From Pyrodictium abyssi (lineage in GTDB: Archaea; Thermoproteota; Thermoprotei_A; Sulfolobales; Pyrodictiaceae), in NCBI RefSeq assembly GCF_036323395.1, contig NZ_AP028907.1:1920001-1952000 (forward strand): 32,000 nt of DNA, read 5' to 3'. Numbering within the stretch: position 1 is the first letter of the stretch; each line of letters opens with the position of its first letter. Shown here piece after piece: positions 8,399 through 16,231 of this stretch. The notes under the pieces were generated by a model that was not told the origin of the DNA, searched no databases, and saw only the letters and a list, made by a program, of their open reading frames with translations. Both the position numbers and the translations under genes were made by a program.

Positions 8399-8713
8399 CT
8401 ATTCTATGCATATTGGCCATGGTCTGTCGAGCTGGTCGAATTCTAGCCTGAGTCTTGCTGCCCTTTTTCTGTCGTAGACGTAGATGCGGCGTGGCTGCTC
8501 CGCGTCACATGTCACTGTAGTCTTTTTCATTAGGAGGCCTATCTGGCGTAGCCTCTTTACGACGTGGTACTTCATGCCCCGCTCCGGGTCGTTCCTCCTT
8601 ATTTCTATGTAGCCTTTCTCCGCTAGCTCGGCTAGCACTTTGTTGCACATCTCTAGGGCCTTCTCCCCCTGGAAGAATATGGTGCAGAGCACCCAGTCCC
8701 GTGGGGCCTCCAC
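8399..8713 (-). CDS. putative winged-helix DNA-binding protein
   Basis: 104 aa. ALEMCNKVLAELAEKGYIEIRRNDPERGMKYHVVKRLRQ looks like a helix-turn-helix plus wing. No specific family recognised. Confidence 0.4.
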   Translation of the reverse strand: MEAPRDWVLCTIFFQGEKALEMCNKVLAELAEKGYIEIRRNDPERGMKYHVVKRLRQIGLLMKKTTVTCDAEQPRRIYVYDRKRAARLRLEFDQLDRPWPICIE

Positions 8714-8728
8714 AGCCTATCCCTCCAC

Positions 8729-8789
8729 CAAAGAACGGGCTTACCGGGAGACGGCGCCCCGGGAAGCTGGGGCGTCAGCCCGTTCTTTG
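8729..8789. repeat. perfect 13-bp inverted repeat (hairpin) in an intergenic region
   Basis: CAAAGAACGGGCT (8729-8741) and AGCCCGTTCTTTG (8777-8789) are exact reverse complements. The 35-nt spacer is itself G+C-rich and partly self-complementary. Confidence 0.7.
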
Positions 8790-8903
8790 ACCGGTGTAAG
8801 CCGGCTCTTTGGCAGCAGAGGGGTCTGCGGTACTCTACCCGCCTACCACAAACCAGGGGTACGAGGACAGGCCTGTGTTCAAAGAAAAGACTGGCAGCGG
8901 AGG

Positions 8904-10784
8904 CTAGGTTATGATCAGCGGCTTTGCGCCCTCCTCGAGGACCTCGTCTAAGAGGCTCCTTGGGAAGGGTACTGGGGTGGCGGTGTAGTCCAGCTCTACC
9001 GGAGTCCCTGTGGGCTGTGTGGCCTCTATGCTTACTGTTAGCTGGCTCCCGGGCTCGACGGTGTAGAGGACCAGGCCCGGGTCCTCTAGCACCAGTGTCT
9101 CGTTGTACGTTATGGTGAATGTGGAGTAGTAGGGGTCGCCCCACATGTAGTCTACTATAGTTCTCGACGCGGTGTAGGTCTTCCTGTCGAGTACTATCCT
9201 CTCCACGGGCCGGGCCTCGGCTACAGGCTCTAGCCGGAGGGTTGTCGGCGCCAGCAGCTCGTTCGCGTTAGCGGTCTCGGTGTGGCTGTGGGCTATGTAG
9301 AGTAGGAGTTCGGTGCCGACCATGGCGTAGCTCCCGACTCCAGGCACATAATGGAAACGGCTTACCCATGCGCCGGCCCATGCCGCGTAGCTCACCTCGA
9401 GCACTGCTACAGCCGCGGTGGCGGTGGGGCCCAACCGCTTCACCAGCTCCGGCCCTATAGTGATGGTCACTGCTACCGGGTGGTCTAGCCTGGCCACGTT
9501 CCGGCCCTCTATGCGTATTGTCTCTGTGTAGAGCGCCTCCTGGACCCGCGCCTGCCAGGAGGGGTCCACTTGGCTCGCCATGCCTCTGGCTACGACTAGT
9601 TTGCCAGGGTCGTAGGTATTGGGCGGGAGGAGGTGCAGCTTCACCGAGACGTGGGTGACCGGCAGGGCTAGGGTGCTAGTGTAAGTGCACGAGGTTATGA
9701 CGCCGCAGTAGTCCTGGGCACGCCACCCGGTGACGGTCTCGTTGACGGCTGCGCTGACGGGGTCCCGGGGCAGGAGTAGCAACGTTATGGTCTCGGATTT
9801 CGACTCCGTGGTTACCAGGAAGGGTATGTAGATGGCGCCTACTGCTCCGCCGGAGAGCCAGGAGGCACTATGGTCGTAGTCGTTGAATGGGATAGGGAAG
9901 CTTATCGAGGACATCCATCGCCAGTAGCGGCCCCTGTAGAGGGCGAAGATCTCGCTTGTCGTGTATAGTAGGCCCTCCTTGGTGAACCCTATCTTGGGCT
10001 TCCAGCGGTACTTTTCATAGATGTCTGCGCAGGCGTAGACCCTCGCCTCCCGGTGCTCCAGCCGCAGCAGGCCCCCTGCTATGGGCTCCAGGACGCGGCG
10101 GCGGACGTAGAGCTCGCCGCAGCCACAGCAGCCCAGATCCCGCTCGCTGCTCTCCACGCTGTCGCGGACCGGCAGCCCCGCTATCCTGTAGAGCTGCGCC
10201 TTCTCTGGATCGGTGTTGACGCCGGGCAGGGGGCCATCCCCAGCAGCTCTCGCAACATCCTCGACGCTGTCTACGGGCAGCAGTGGGCCCGCAAACCACA
10301 CCGGCTGCAGAACCGGGCCATACTGGACAAGCAGCACCTCCCGCACAGCCTCGCCTACCAGGCTCTCGGTGTCTACGTTCGCGGTATTGTTGGCGGTCTC
10401 CAGTGGTGCGCTCGCTACGCTAGCCATTGCTGCGACGGAGCTGGCTACGGGGTCGGCTGCCCCTACCCGTAGGTTCCCCCTCTTCGCTACGTAGATCTTG
10501 GACTGGTCGGCGGGCCAGGGTAGGGTCACGGTGGTAACGTTCACGGCTACGTGGGGGATGCCATTGGGATCAACTACTATGATGTCTGCTGGCTCGGGTA
10601 GGCTGATAACGTTACTTGATATGTTTGCGTGCTCGGCTATGAAGCGGGCGCGTTCATACAGTTGCTGCTGCTCGTGGATTGCTTGTGTGACAGTCCTGCC
10701 CATGTAAGCTATGTATACCGCTATGCTGGCTAATGCTAGGAGCATGATTAGCCCGGCATAAACCGTGCCTATGCCCCTCAGCAT
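8904..10784 (-). CDS. large secreted/pilin-like protein with class III-type signal peptide
   Basis: The track ORF extends to 10940, but ATG 10784 gives MLRGIGTVYAGLIMLLALASIAVYIAYMG, a basic-Gly start followed by a hydrophobic helix as in archaeal prepilins. It also avoids overlap with the divergent gene at 10850. The remaining ~600 aa or so are beta-rich and probably extracellular. Confidence 0.6.
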   Translation of the reverse strand: MLRGIGTVYAGLIMLLALASIAVYIAYMGRTVTQAIHEQQQLYERARFIAEHANISSNVISLPEPADIIVVDPNGIPHVAVNVTTVTLPWPADQSKIYVAKRGNLRVGAADPVASSVAAMASVASAPLETANNTANVDTESLVGEAVREVLLVQYGPVLQPVWFAGPLLPVDSVEDVARAAGDGPLPGVNTDPEKAQLYRIAGLPVRDSVESSERDLGCCGCGELYVRRRVLEPIAGGLLRLEHREARVYACADIYEKYRWKPKIGFTKEGLLYTTSEIFALYRGRYWRWMSSISFPIPFNDYDHSASWLSGGAVGAIYIPFLVTTESKSETITLLLLPRDPVSAAVNETVTGWRAQDYCGVITSCTYTSTLALPVTHVSVKLHLLPPNTYDPGKLVVARGMASQVDPSWQARVQEALYTETIRIEGRNVARLDHPVAVTITIGPELVKRLGPTATAAVAVLEVSYAAWAGAWVSRFHYVPGVGSYAMVGTELLLYIAHSHTETANANELLAPTTLRLEPVAEARPVERIVLDRKTYTASRTIVDYMWGDPYYSTFTITYNETLVLEDPGLVLYTVEPGSQLTVSIEATQPTGTPVELDYTATPVPFPRSLLDEVLEEGAKPLIIT

Positions 10785-10793
10785 GAGCCACCC

Positions 10794-10836
10794 CTTCTCC
10801 CGGCTTCTCCGGGTAGACTGGGGAGCCCGGGAGAAG
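10794..10836. promoter_or_regulatory. inverted repeat in the divergent pilus promoter region
   Basis: CTTCTCCCGG (10794-10803) and CCGGGAGAAG (10827-10836) are exact reverse complements. A near-copy CTTCTCCGGG sits at 10804-10813. A GGAGG Shine-Dalgarno sequence precedes ATG 10850. Confidence 0.45.
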
Positions 10837-10849
10837 GAGGCGCGACACC

Positions 10850-11170
10850 ATGCGCGCATTATCCGAGCTCTACGCGGCGATACTGCTCTTTGCGGCCAGT
10901 GTAGCCGTCGCTGGCATGCTCTACAGCTACGTGGAGGCACACATCCCTAGGCATGAGCCGCCGCGCCCCGTGCGCGTTCTCGAGCTCAACGAGACCCACG
11001 TAGTCTGCTACACACCGTTCACGGTGAACCTCACCTACTGGCAGACAGTGGGAAGCTTCAGCTGCTGGCTGGTGCCAAACATTTCTAGCAGCGCGCTGGA
11101 CCCGTGTCCCCCCGTCCTCGAGCCAGGCACCTACATCCTCGTGAGCCCTCCATGGCTCTGCAGCCCTTGA
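10850..11170 (+). CDS. small pilin-like protein (class III signal peptide)
   Basis: The N-terminus MRALSELYAAILLFAASVAVAGMLYSYV resembles an archaeal type IV prepilin. It is preceded by GGAGG and lies directly upstream of the pilus ATPase. Confidence 0.5.
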   Translation: MRALSELYAAILLFAASVAVAGMLYSYVEAHIPRHEPPRPVRVLELNETHVVCYTPFTVNLTYWQTVGSFSCWLVPNISSSALDPCPPVLEPGTYILVSPPWLCSP

Positions 11171-11184
11171 AGGAGGCGAGGGCG

Positions 11185-12798
11185 ATGAGCGAGGCGGAGG
11201 CCAGGGAGCTAGAACATGGAAAGGAGGACCTCCTGCTAAGCCTCCTCGAGGAGCCGGGAGCCCCGGAGCCAAGAGTCGGGGAGGTGTCAGGAGCTCCTGA
11301 GGCCCCCGAGGAGCCTGCTGGGGACGTGGAGGAGCTTACGAGTGTGGAACCCGAGGAGGTGCTCGAGGAGCCCGGTGAGGCTGGAGGGCAAGAAGCCGGG
11401 GAGAGCGCTAGCGGTACCAGCGGGATCCTTGAGTATAGCGTCGGAGTGCTTACCGTGGTAGTCTCTGAGGACCAGTACGAGGTTGTGGAGCCCCGGCTCG
11501 ACCCTGACGCGGAGAGAGCCCTCCACGCCGTCGTGGAGTACCTGGCGAAGCATGGGCTGGGCCCCGAGAAGGCGGGGGAGGCAGCGGAGAAGCTCGGGCT
11601 AGCCTCTCATGCTCAGCGGCAGCCCGAGGCCTTCCGCTACTACGTCGAGAAGGCCCTCAGCCCCTGGGGGTTCCTCTACCCCTTGATACTCGATCCCCAC
11701 ATCGAGGAGATAAGCGTCGTAGCAGGGAGGCCCGTGGACGTTATACACCGGAGGCTCCCCGGCCGGGAGTACATACCGACAAACATAGCCGCGCCGCCCG
11801 AGAGGGAGCTCCGAGAATACGTTCAGCGCCTCGCAGCCGCCGCGGGCACGGCTGTCTCCCCCGCGTTCCCGATAGCGGAGGCCGAGCTCGATGGCCACAG
11901 GGTCACTATCGTTCTCGGCAGCATAGCGAGCGCCACGAGCCTCTCAGTACGCAAGCACCCCGAGAAGCCGCTGGGGCTAGAGGACCTCATAGCAGACGGC
12001 ATGCTGAGCAGAGAGGCGGCGGAGTACCTGCTACTCGTGCTGCTGAGCCGCGGAATGGTGTTCATAGTGGGTCCGCAGGGCACCGGCAAGACCACGCTGC
12101 TCAACGCGCTGATGGAGAAGCTGCCCCAGGACTGGAAGCTGGTGGCGATAGAGGATGTACCTGAACTTAGGCCGAGGCACCCGCGCTTCATAAGCCTCCG
12201 CGTCAGGAGGGCGAGAAGCCTCGCTGCGAGTCGGCAGACCGAGGTGACGTACCAGGACCTGGTCCGTGTCGCTCTAAGGCTCCGGGGCCAGTTCACGGCG
12301 ATAACAGAGGCCCGTGGCGAGGAGATACTTGACCTCTTCGAGGTAGCAGCACTAGGCGAAGCCTCCGCCGCGACCTTCCACGCTAGAGACTGGAGGGAGC
12401 TGAAGCTCAGACTGCTGAAGCTAGGCGTTAGAGAAGACATGCTGGTGCTGCTCTGGTCTGTGGTGGTCCTCAGCAAGGTGAGGCTGAAGGACGGGAGAAC
12501 CGTCCGCAGAGTCGTGGCAATCTACGAGGTGGAGCCCGACGGCAGCGAACGGCTCCTCTTCCGCTACGACCCCGAGAAGGACGTGCTCGTGAAGGTGGCG
12601 GAGCCTCGCCGCATCACCTTCTCCCCGCTGAGCGAGTCAAGCGGGGATAGAAGTGGAGGAGGCCCGGGCACAGGTTCAGGCCCAGAGAGCCAGGAAGGTC
12701 ATAACGCTGTATCAGCTAGCCGTGACGGCAGCGTCGACGCTGCTGATACTGACGGGAATAGTGCCTTGGAGAGCGCTTCTGGGTCTAGCGGAACCTGA
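11185..12798 (+). CDS. type IV pilus assembly ATPase (PilB/FlaI/VirB11 superfamily)
   Basis: Walker A GPQGTGKTT (12070-12096), with VAIEDVPEL, AITEARGEE and ATFHARD motifs. An acidic low-complexity N-terminus precedes them. Start chosen at ATG 11185, which is preceded by AGGAGG; the track ORF starts at 11104. Confidence 0.85.
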   Translation: MSEAEARELEHGKEDLLLSLLEEPGAPEPRVGEVSGAPEAPEEPAGDVEELTSVEPEEVLEEPGEAGGQEAGESASGTSGILEYSVGVLTVVVSEDQYEVVEPRLDPDAERALHAVVEYLAKHGLGPEKAGEAAEKLGLASHAQRQPEAFRYYVEKALSPWGFLYPLILDPHIEEISVVAGRPVDVIHRRLPGREYIPTNIAAPPERELREYVQRLAAAAGTAVSPAFPIAEAELDGHRVTIVLGSIASATSLSVRKHPEKPLGLEDLIADGMLSREAAEYLLLVLLSRGMVFIVGPQGTGKTTLLNALMEKLPQDWKLVAIEDVPELRPRHPRFISLRVRRARSLAASRQTEVTYQDLVRVALRLRGQFTAITEARGEEILDLFEVAALGEASAATFHARDWRELKLRLLKLGVREDMLVLLWSVVVLSKVRLKDGRTVRRVVAIYEVEPDGSERLLFRYDPEKDVLVKVAEPRRITFSPLSESSGDRSGGGPGTGSGPESQEGHNAVSASRDGSVDAADTDGNSALESASGSSGT

Positions 12799-14617
12799 GG
12801 TTCACGTTACACCCGCGTTGCTCGGCCTGGGCATCTTTCTATTCGCGCTGGTGGTCATGGATCTGGCGACCGGGCTGTTCTACCGTCTAGCGCTCTACCC
12901 GTCTAGGCGCCTAGTCCTAGCAGCCGCGCTCTCGATGATAGCACTAGGCGTGGTCTCGTCGACGCTGCAGCTCGAGAGGAGCCCGCTGCTAGCCGCCATC
13001 GGGGCAGCCCCCATAGCCCCCGGGGCCTGGCTGCTCTACAGGCTGAAGAAGAAGGCCGAGGAGAGGCCCGAGGAGCCCCGTGGCCTCCTCAGATACGTAG
13101 TCCCCGCGGTTCTAGGCATCACCCCGCTCGGGGAGAGGATTACCGCAAGACTAGGGATCCTCGAGGCCGCCGACCGGGCGGGGATAAGGTGGACCCGGCT
13201 CGAGGCTGCCGCGATAACTAGCCTCGTGCTCGTGGCCGGACTGGCGTCTACATGTATTATACTAGGTGTAGCGGCCTTAACGGGGAGTAGACTGCTCCTA
13301 GCGGTATCCCCGCTGCCGCTGCTGGTACTCCCACTTCTCAGGCTACACCTCGACGCTAAGGCAAAGGAGAGAGCGAGGATAGCGGAGGAGGAGCTGCCGT
13401 ACCTTAGCTTGTGGGCGTGGCTGCTCGAGCGCTCGGGTAGCGGCGGCCTCGAGGACGCGCTCGAGGAGGCACGTAGAAGCGGGCTGTTGCTGGCGCTGGG
13501 GGCTGACGCCGGTAAGAGCCTCGAGGAGCTGGCCCGGAGGCATCCCTCGAGGAGGCTGCGCAGGTTCTATGCATACTACCTTGCGATAAGGGATACTGGC
13601 GGTGATGTAGCTGCATTCTTGGCAGATATTCTACGTTCTGAGATCGATGAGCTAAGAGCCAGAGTTACTGCCTACGCGGAGAACGGTGTGGCACTGGGCA
13701 CCGGCTTGTTGGGCATGCTTGGCACGGCTCTCATATTCGTGCTGTTCAGCGCATTCCTGGGCGCTGGGGGCGCCGGTCTAGCAGCCATAGCCATTCTCCT
13801 AGCCGCTCCTATGGGCTACCTCGTGCTCTCGATGCAGCAGCCGAGGCTGCGCGAGCGCTACGAGGACGCTAAGGCGGCTGTGGCCGCAGTGGTGGCTGCC
13901 AGCGCTGCGGCGCTGCTGGGCTCGCTGCTTATGCTGCCAGCAATCATGGCTGTAGGCCTGGCTGCAACCGCCGGGCTAAGCGTCTACGGCGTAGCATTCA
14001 GGGCGCAGAAGCGCATAGTGAACAAAGAAGAACAGGAGTTGCTGCCACTCCTCAGAATGGTTATCGAGTACACTAGGAGCATGTCGGATAAGCCCATATC
14101 CCAGCTACTGGGGCAAGCAGCTGGTAGTGTCGAGGAGCCGCTAGCTGGCGTAGCGCGGGCCGCGGCGAAGACTGGAAACGTGGCAGCCCGGAGCTGGCTG
14201 GCCCGCTACACTCTCTACACAGTAGTCAAGCTGGTAGGAGGCCAAGGCGCGAGCGACCCCCTGGCGCTCGAGAGGCTCTACGACCTAGTCTACGCGCATG
14301 TTAACACGTACAAGGCCGCGTCTATGCGGCTGAGGATGCTTGGTGCCCTGGCAGTAGGCTTCCCGCCGGTAGTGGTCGCGGCCGCGTCTGGGCTCCAGAA
14401 GATAGTAGGAGGCACAGTGGCGCCGATGCTGCAGGCGCTGCCGGTATCGTTTACAGGAGGCATAGCAGAGGTCATAGCCTGGCTAGCTCTGCTAGGAGCC
14501 GGTGTAATGGGTTTCCTAGCAGCCAAGGCTGTAAGCCTGACTGTAAGGGACACGCTCTGGCCCCTGGCCGCTGTGCTAGCGACGCTGCTCTCCATCCTCG
14601 CCTTCGGGGCTTTTTAA
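12653..14617 (+). CDS. type IV pilus platform membrane protein (FlaJ/TadC/PilC-like, two T2SSF-like repeats)
   Basis: 654-aa polytopic protein. It has two soluble helical segments (LPYLSLWAWLLE...RRFYAYYLAIRDTGGDVAAFL and ELLPLLRMVIEYTRSM...), each followed by transmembrane clusters. It sits immediately after the ATPase gene. Confidence 0.75.
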   Translation: MEEARAQVQAQRARKVITLYQLAVTAASTLLILTGIVPWRALLGLAEPEVHVTPALLGLGIFLFALVVMDLATGLFYRLALYPSRRLVLAAALSMIALGVVSSTLQLERSPLLAAIGAAPIAPGAWLLYRLKKKAEERPEEPRGLLRYVVPAVLGITPLGERITARLGILEAADRAGIRWTRLEAAAITSLVLVAGLASTCIILGVAALTGSRLLLAVSPLPLLVLPLLRLHLDAKAKERARIAEEELPYLSLWAWLLERSGSGGLEDALEEARRSGLLLALGADAGKSLEELARRHPSRRLRRFYAYYLAIRDTGGDVAAFLADILRSEIDELRARVTAYAENGVALGTGLLGMLGTALIFVLFSAFLGAGGAGLAAIAILLAAPMGYLVLSMQQPRLRERYEDAKAAVAAVVAASAAALLGSLLMLPAIMAVGLAATAGLSVYGVAFRAQKRIVNKEEQELLPLLRMVIEYTRSMSDKPISQLLGQAAGSVEEPLAGVARAAAKTGNVAARSWLARYTLYTVVKLVGGQGASDPLALERLYDLVYAHVNTYKAASMRLRMLGALAVGFPPVVVAAASGLQKIVGGTVAPMLQALPVSFTGGIAEVIAWLALLGAGVMGFLAAKAVSLTVRDTLWPLAAVLATLLSILAFGAF

Positions 14618-14625
14618 TGGGGCAG

Positions 14626-14634
14626 TATTATAAG
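14626..14634 (+). promoter_or_regulatory. TATA-box-like element
   Basis: TATTATAAG lies about 30 nt upstream of GTG 14661, consistent with a leaderless or short-leader transcript. Confidence 0.35.
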
Positions 14635-14660
14635 CCATTCAAACCCGTTTTCAAATCCTC

Positions 14661-15590
14661 GTGGGTTATGTACGGAAAGCTCAACAGGTCATACCTCCTG
14701 TCTGGATGCATGGGCTGCCTACATTGGCTGCCAGCGTAACTAGGACCCGGCAGCGGTATGGCGCAGAGCTAGCGCTGGACCTGCTACTAGCCGAGGCTCT
14801 GGGCAAGGGCTACAGGGTAGACGAGGAGGCGGAGCAGTACCGCCGGCTCATAGTCGCTGGGCTGGAGAGGCTAGGGGTGAAGCGCTACAGGGAGGCAACC
14901 GAGCTAGCATACGCCACGGCTTGGCTCATAGACGGCGAGTGCCGGGTCGACGACGGGCGCGGAGCCGACCTACGCGCGCTCGCAGCCGCTGCAGTGTACT
15001 GGGCTTGGCTCGTAGAGCATTCACGGGGGCTCCTCGGCAGGCCCGTGGCCCAGAGGGCATGGGAGCTGGTGGGTAGCAGTAGGGCCAGTTTCTACAGGGC
15101 GATAAGGATATGGAGCGAGTGCTTGCTGGGGCTCGGCAGCCATCATGCACTGCTACGGGGAGAGGCTAGGAGCCTAGTGTTCTCGGGTGTCGCCGCTAGC
15201 TATCCCGGCTACTTCATAGCCGCCCTGAGGGGCTATACTCCCGTGGCGGCGGGCTTTCATAGGCTCCGGCTGGGGCGGCTGCGCCCTGTGGAGCTGCTCC
15301 TTCTCCCCCACGGGGATAACACGCGGAGGACGGGAGCCGTGAACGGCAGGATGACTGTCACGTTTGACCTGGAGAGGCTATACAGCCTATTGAGGATGAG
15401 CTTCGACTATCAGCCCTTCTCGGCCCAGGACTTTGCCCGTATCCTAGCGCTCCACTACCCTAGCGCTGTCCAGGTGCTGAAGAAGCTTGAGACGCTGGGC
15501 ATAGTGGAGCGTATAGGCGAGGGCGTCTGGCGGCTCCGGGAGAAACCCATACAGGAGCCTATGTATCCAGCCCATGGAGGCAGGCTTTAG
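14661..15590 (+). CDS. putative transcription regulator with C-terminal winged helix
   Basis: 309 aa. The C-terminal FSAQDFARILALHYPSAVQVLKKLETLGIVERIGEGVWRL is a typical wHTH. The central helical repeat (ADLRALAAAAVYWAWLVEH...RASFYRAIRIW) is faintly cyclin/TFB-like, which is inference only. Confidence 0.5.
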   Translation: MGYVRKAQQVIPPVWMHGLPTLAASVTRTRQRYGAELALDLLLAEALGKGYRVDEEAEQYRRLIVAGLERLGVKRYREATELAYATAWLIDGECRVDDGRGADLRALAAAAVYWAWLVEHSRGLLGRPVAQRAWELVGSSRASFYRAIRIWSECLLGLGSHHALLRGEARSLVFSGVAASYPGYFIAALRGYTPVAAGFHRLRLGRLRPVELLLLPHGDNTRRTGAVNGRMTVTFDLERLYSLLRMSFDYQPFSAQDFARILALHYPSAVQVLKKLETLGIVERIGEGVWRLREKPIQEPMYPAHGGRL

Positions 15591-15616
15591 AGCCAGCGTC
15601 ATCGGCTACGCGGTCC

Positions 15617-15624
15617 TATAAATG
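15617..15624 (+). promoter_or_regulatory. TATA-box-like element upstream of the pilin gene
   Basis: CCTATAAATG lies about 160 nt upstream of ATG 15782. A GGGGTGA Shine-Dalgarno sequence sits just before the ATG. Confidence 0.3.
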
Positions 15625-15781
15625 TTTTACCATCTTGCCGCTCAAGTAGATGCCCCATGGGCGCATCTCTCCTCCCCCGCGCCTCCTACATCCTCCGCCG
15701 CAGCTAGCCCACCCACTCCCCGCCGTTTCTCCCGCCACGAGGCTAGCAACGTGAAGAAGCCAGAAGGGGTGAGCAGAGGGT

Positions 15782-16186
15782 ATGCCCCGCAGACTCCGTG
15801 GCCTGAGCCCCCTCGTGGCATCGGCTATCCTCTTGGCGGCCGTGCTAGCCGTTGGCGCAGTCATATACAGCTATGTGCACACAAGCACAGCAGCGGTAGT
15901 GGAGAAGCCGCAGCTCATGATAACAGCGGACGCAGACTACGTGGGTTCGACGGCCTACGTGGAGATAAGCATAACGAATAGCGGTGGGGCAGCGGCCAAC
16001 ATAACAGACGTGACCATAGACGGGCAGAGCGTCAAGAGCCAGCTATTCAGCGGGAGCTACTACCTGCTGAAGCCCGGCAAGGAGCTACACAAGGTCGTCG
16101 AGCTATCAAACCTCCCCAGCGGCGAGCACATCATAATAGTGACGCTAGCCGACGGCACAGAGTTCAAGTCCAAGTTCACCAGCTAG
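15782..16186 (+). CDS. archaeal type IV pilin (class III signal peptide, DUF361-like)
   Basis: MPRRLRGLSPLVASAILLAAVLAVGAVIYSYV matches the canonical archaeal prepilin N-terminus (KG-[IL]SPV[IV]A...). The rest is a small beta-sandwich-like domain. An oligo-T run at 16197-16201 follows the stop. Confidence 0.75.
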   Translation: MPRRLRGLSPLVASAILLAAVLAVGAVIYSYVHTSTAAVVEKPQLMITADADYVGSTAYVEISITNSGGAAANITDVTIDGQSVKSQLFSGSYYLLKPGKELHKVVELSNLPSGEHIIIVTLADGTEFKSKFTS

Positions 16187-16231
16187 CCACACATCCTTTT
16201 TCCTATAACATGCTCCACGGAGGTGGTTACT

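Noticed and set aside
8653-10950. Overlapping and antisense ORFs around the large pilin-like gene (8640..8951, 8653..9144, 8924..9118, 10015..10299, 10053..10472, 10213..10494, 10498..10707, 10654..10851, 10765..10950)
   Set aside because: These are shadow ORFs expected in stop-codon-poor, G+C-rich DNA. They are Arg/Pro/Gly/Ala-rich and overlap a longer ORF with a signal peptide and sensible composition.
11287-14595. Antisense ORFs within the pilus ATPase and platform genes (e.g. 11823..12476, 217 aa)
   Set aside because: They are Ser/Arg-rich and low-complexity, and they lie opposite genes with clear Walker and T2SSF-like motifs.
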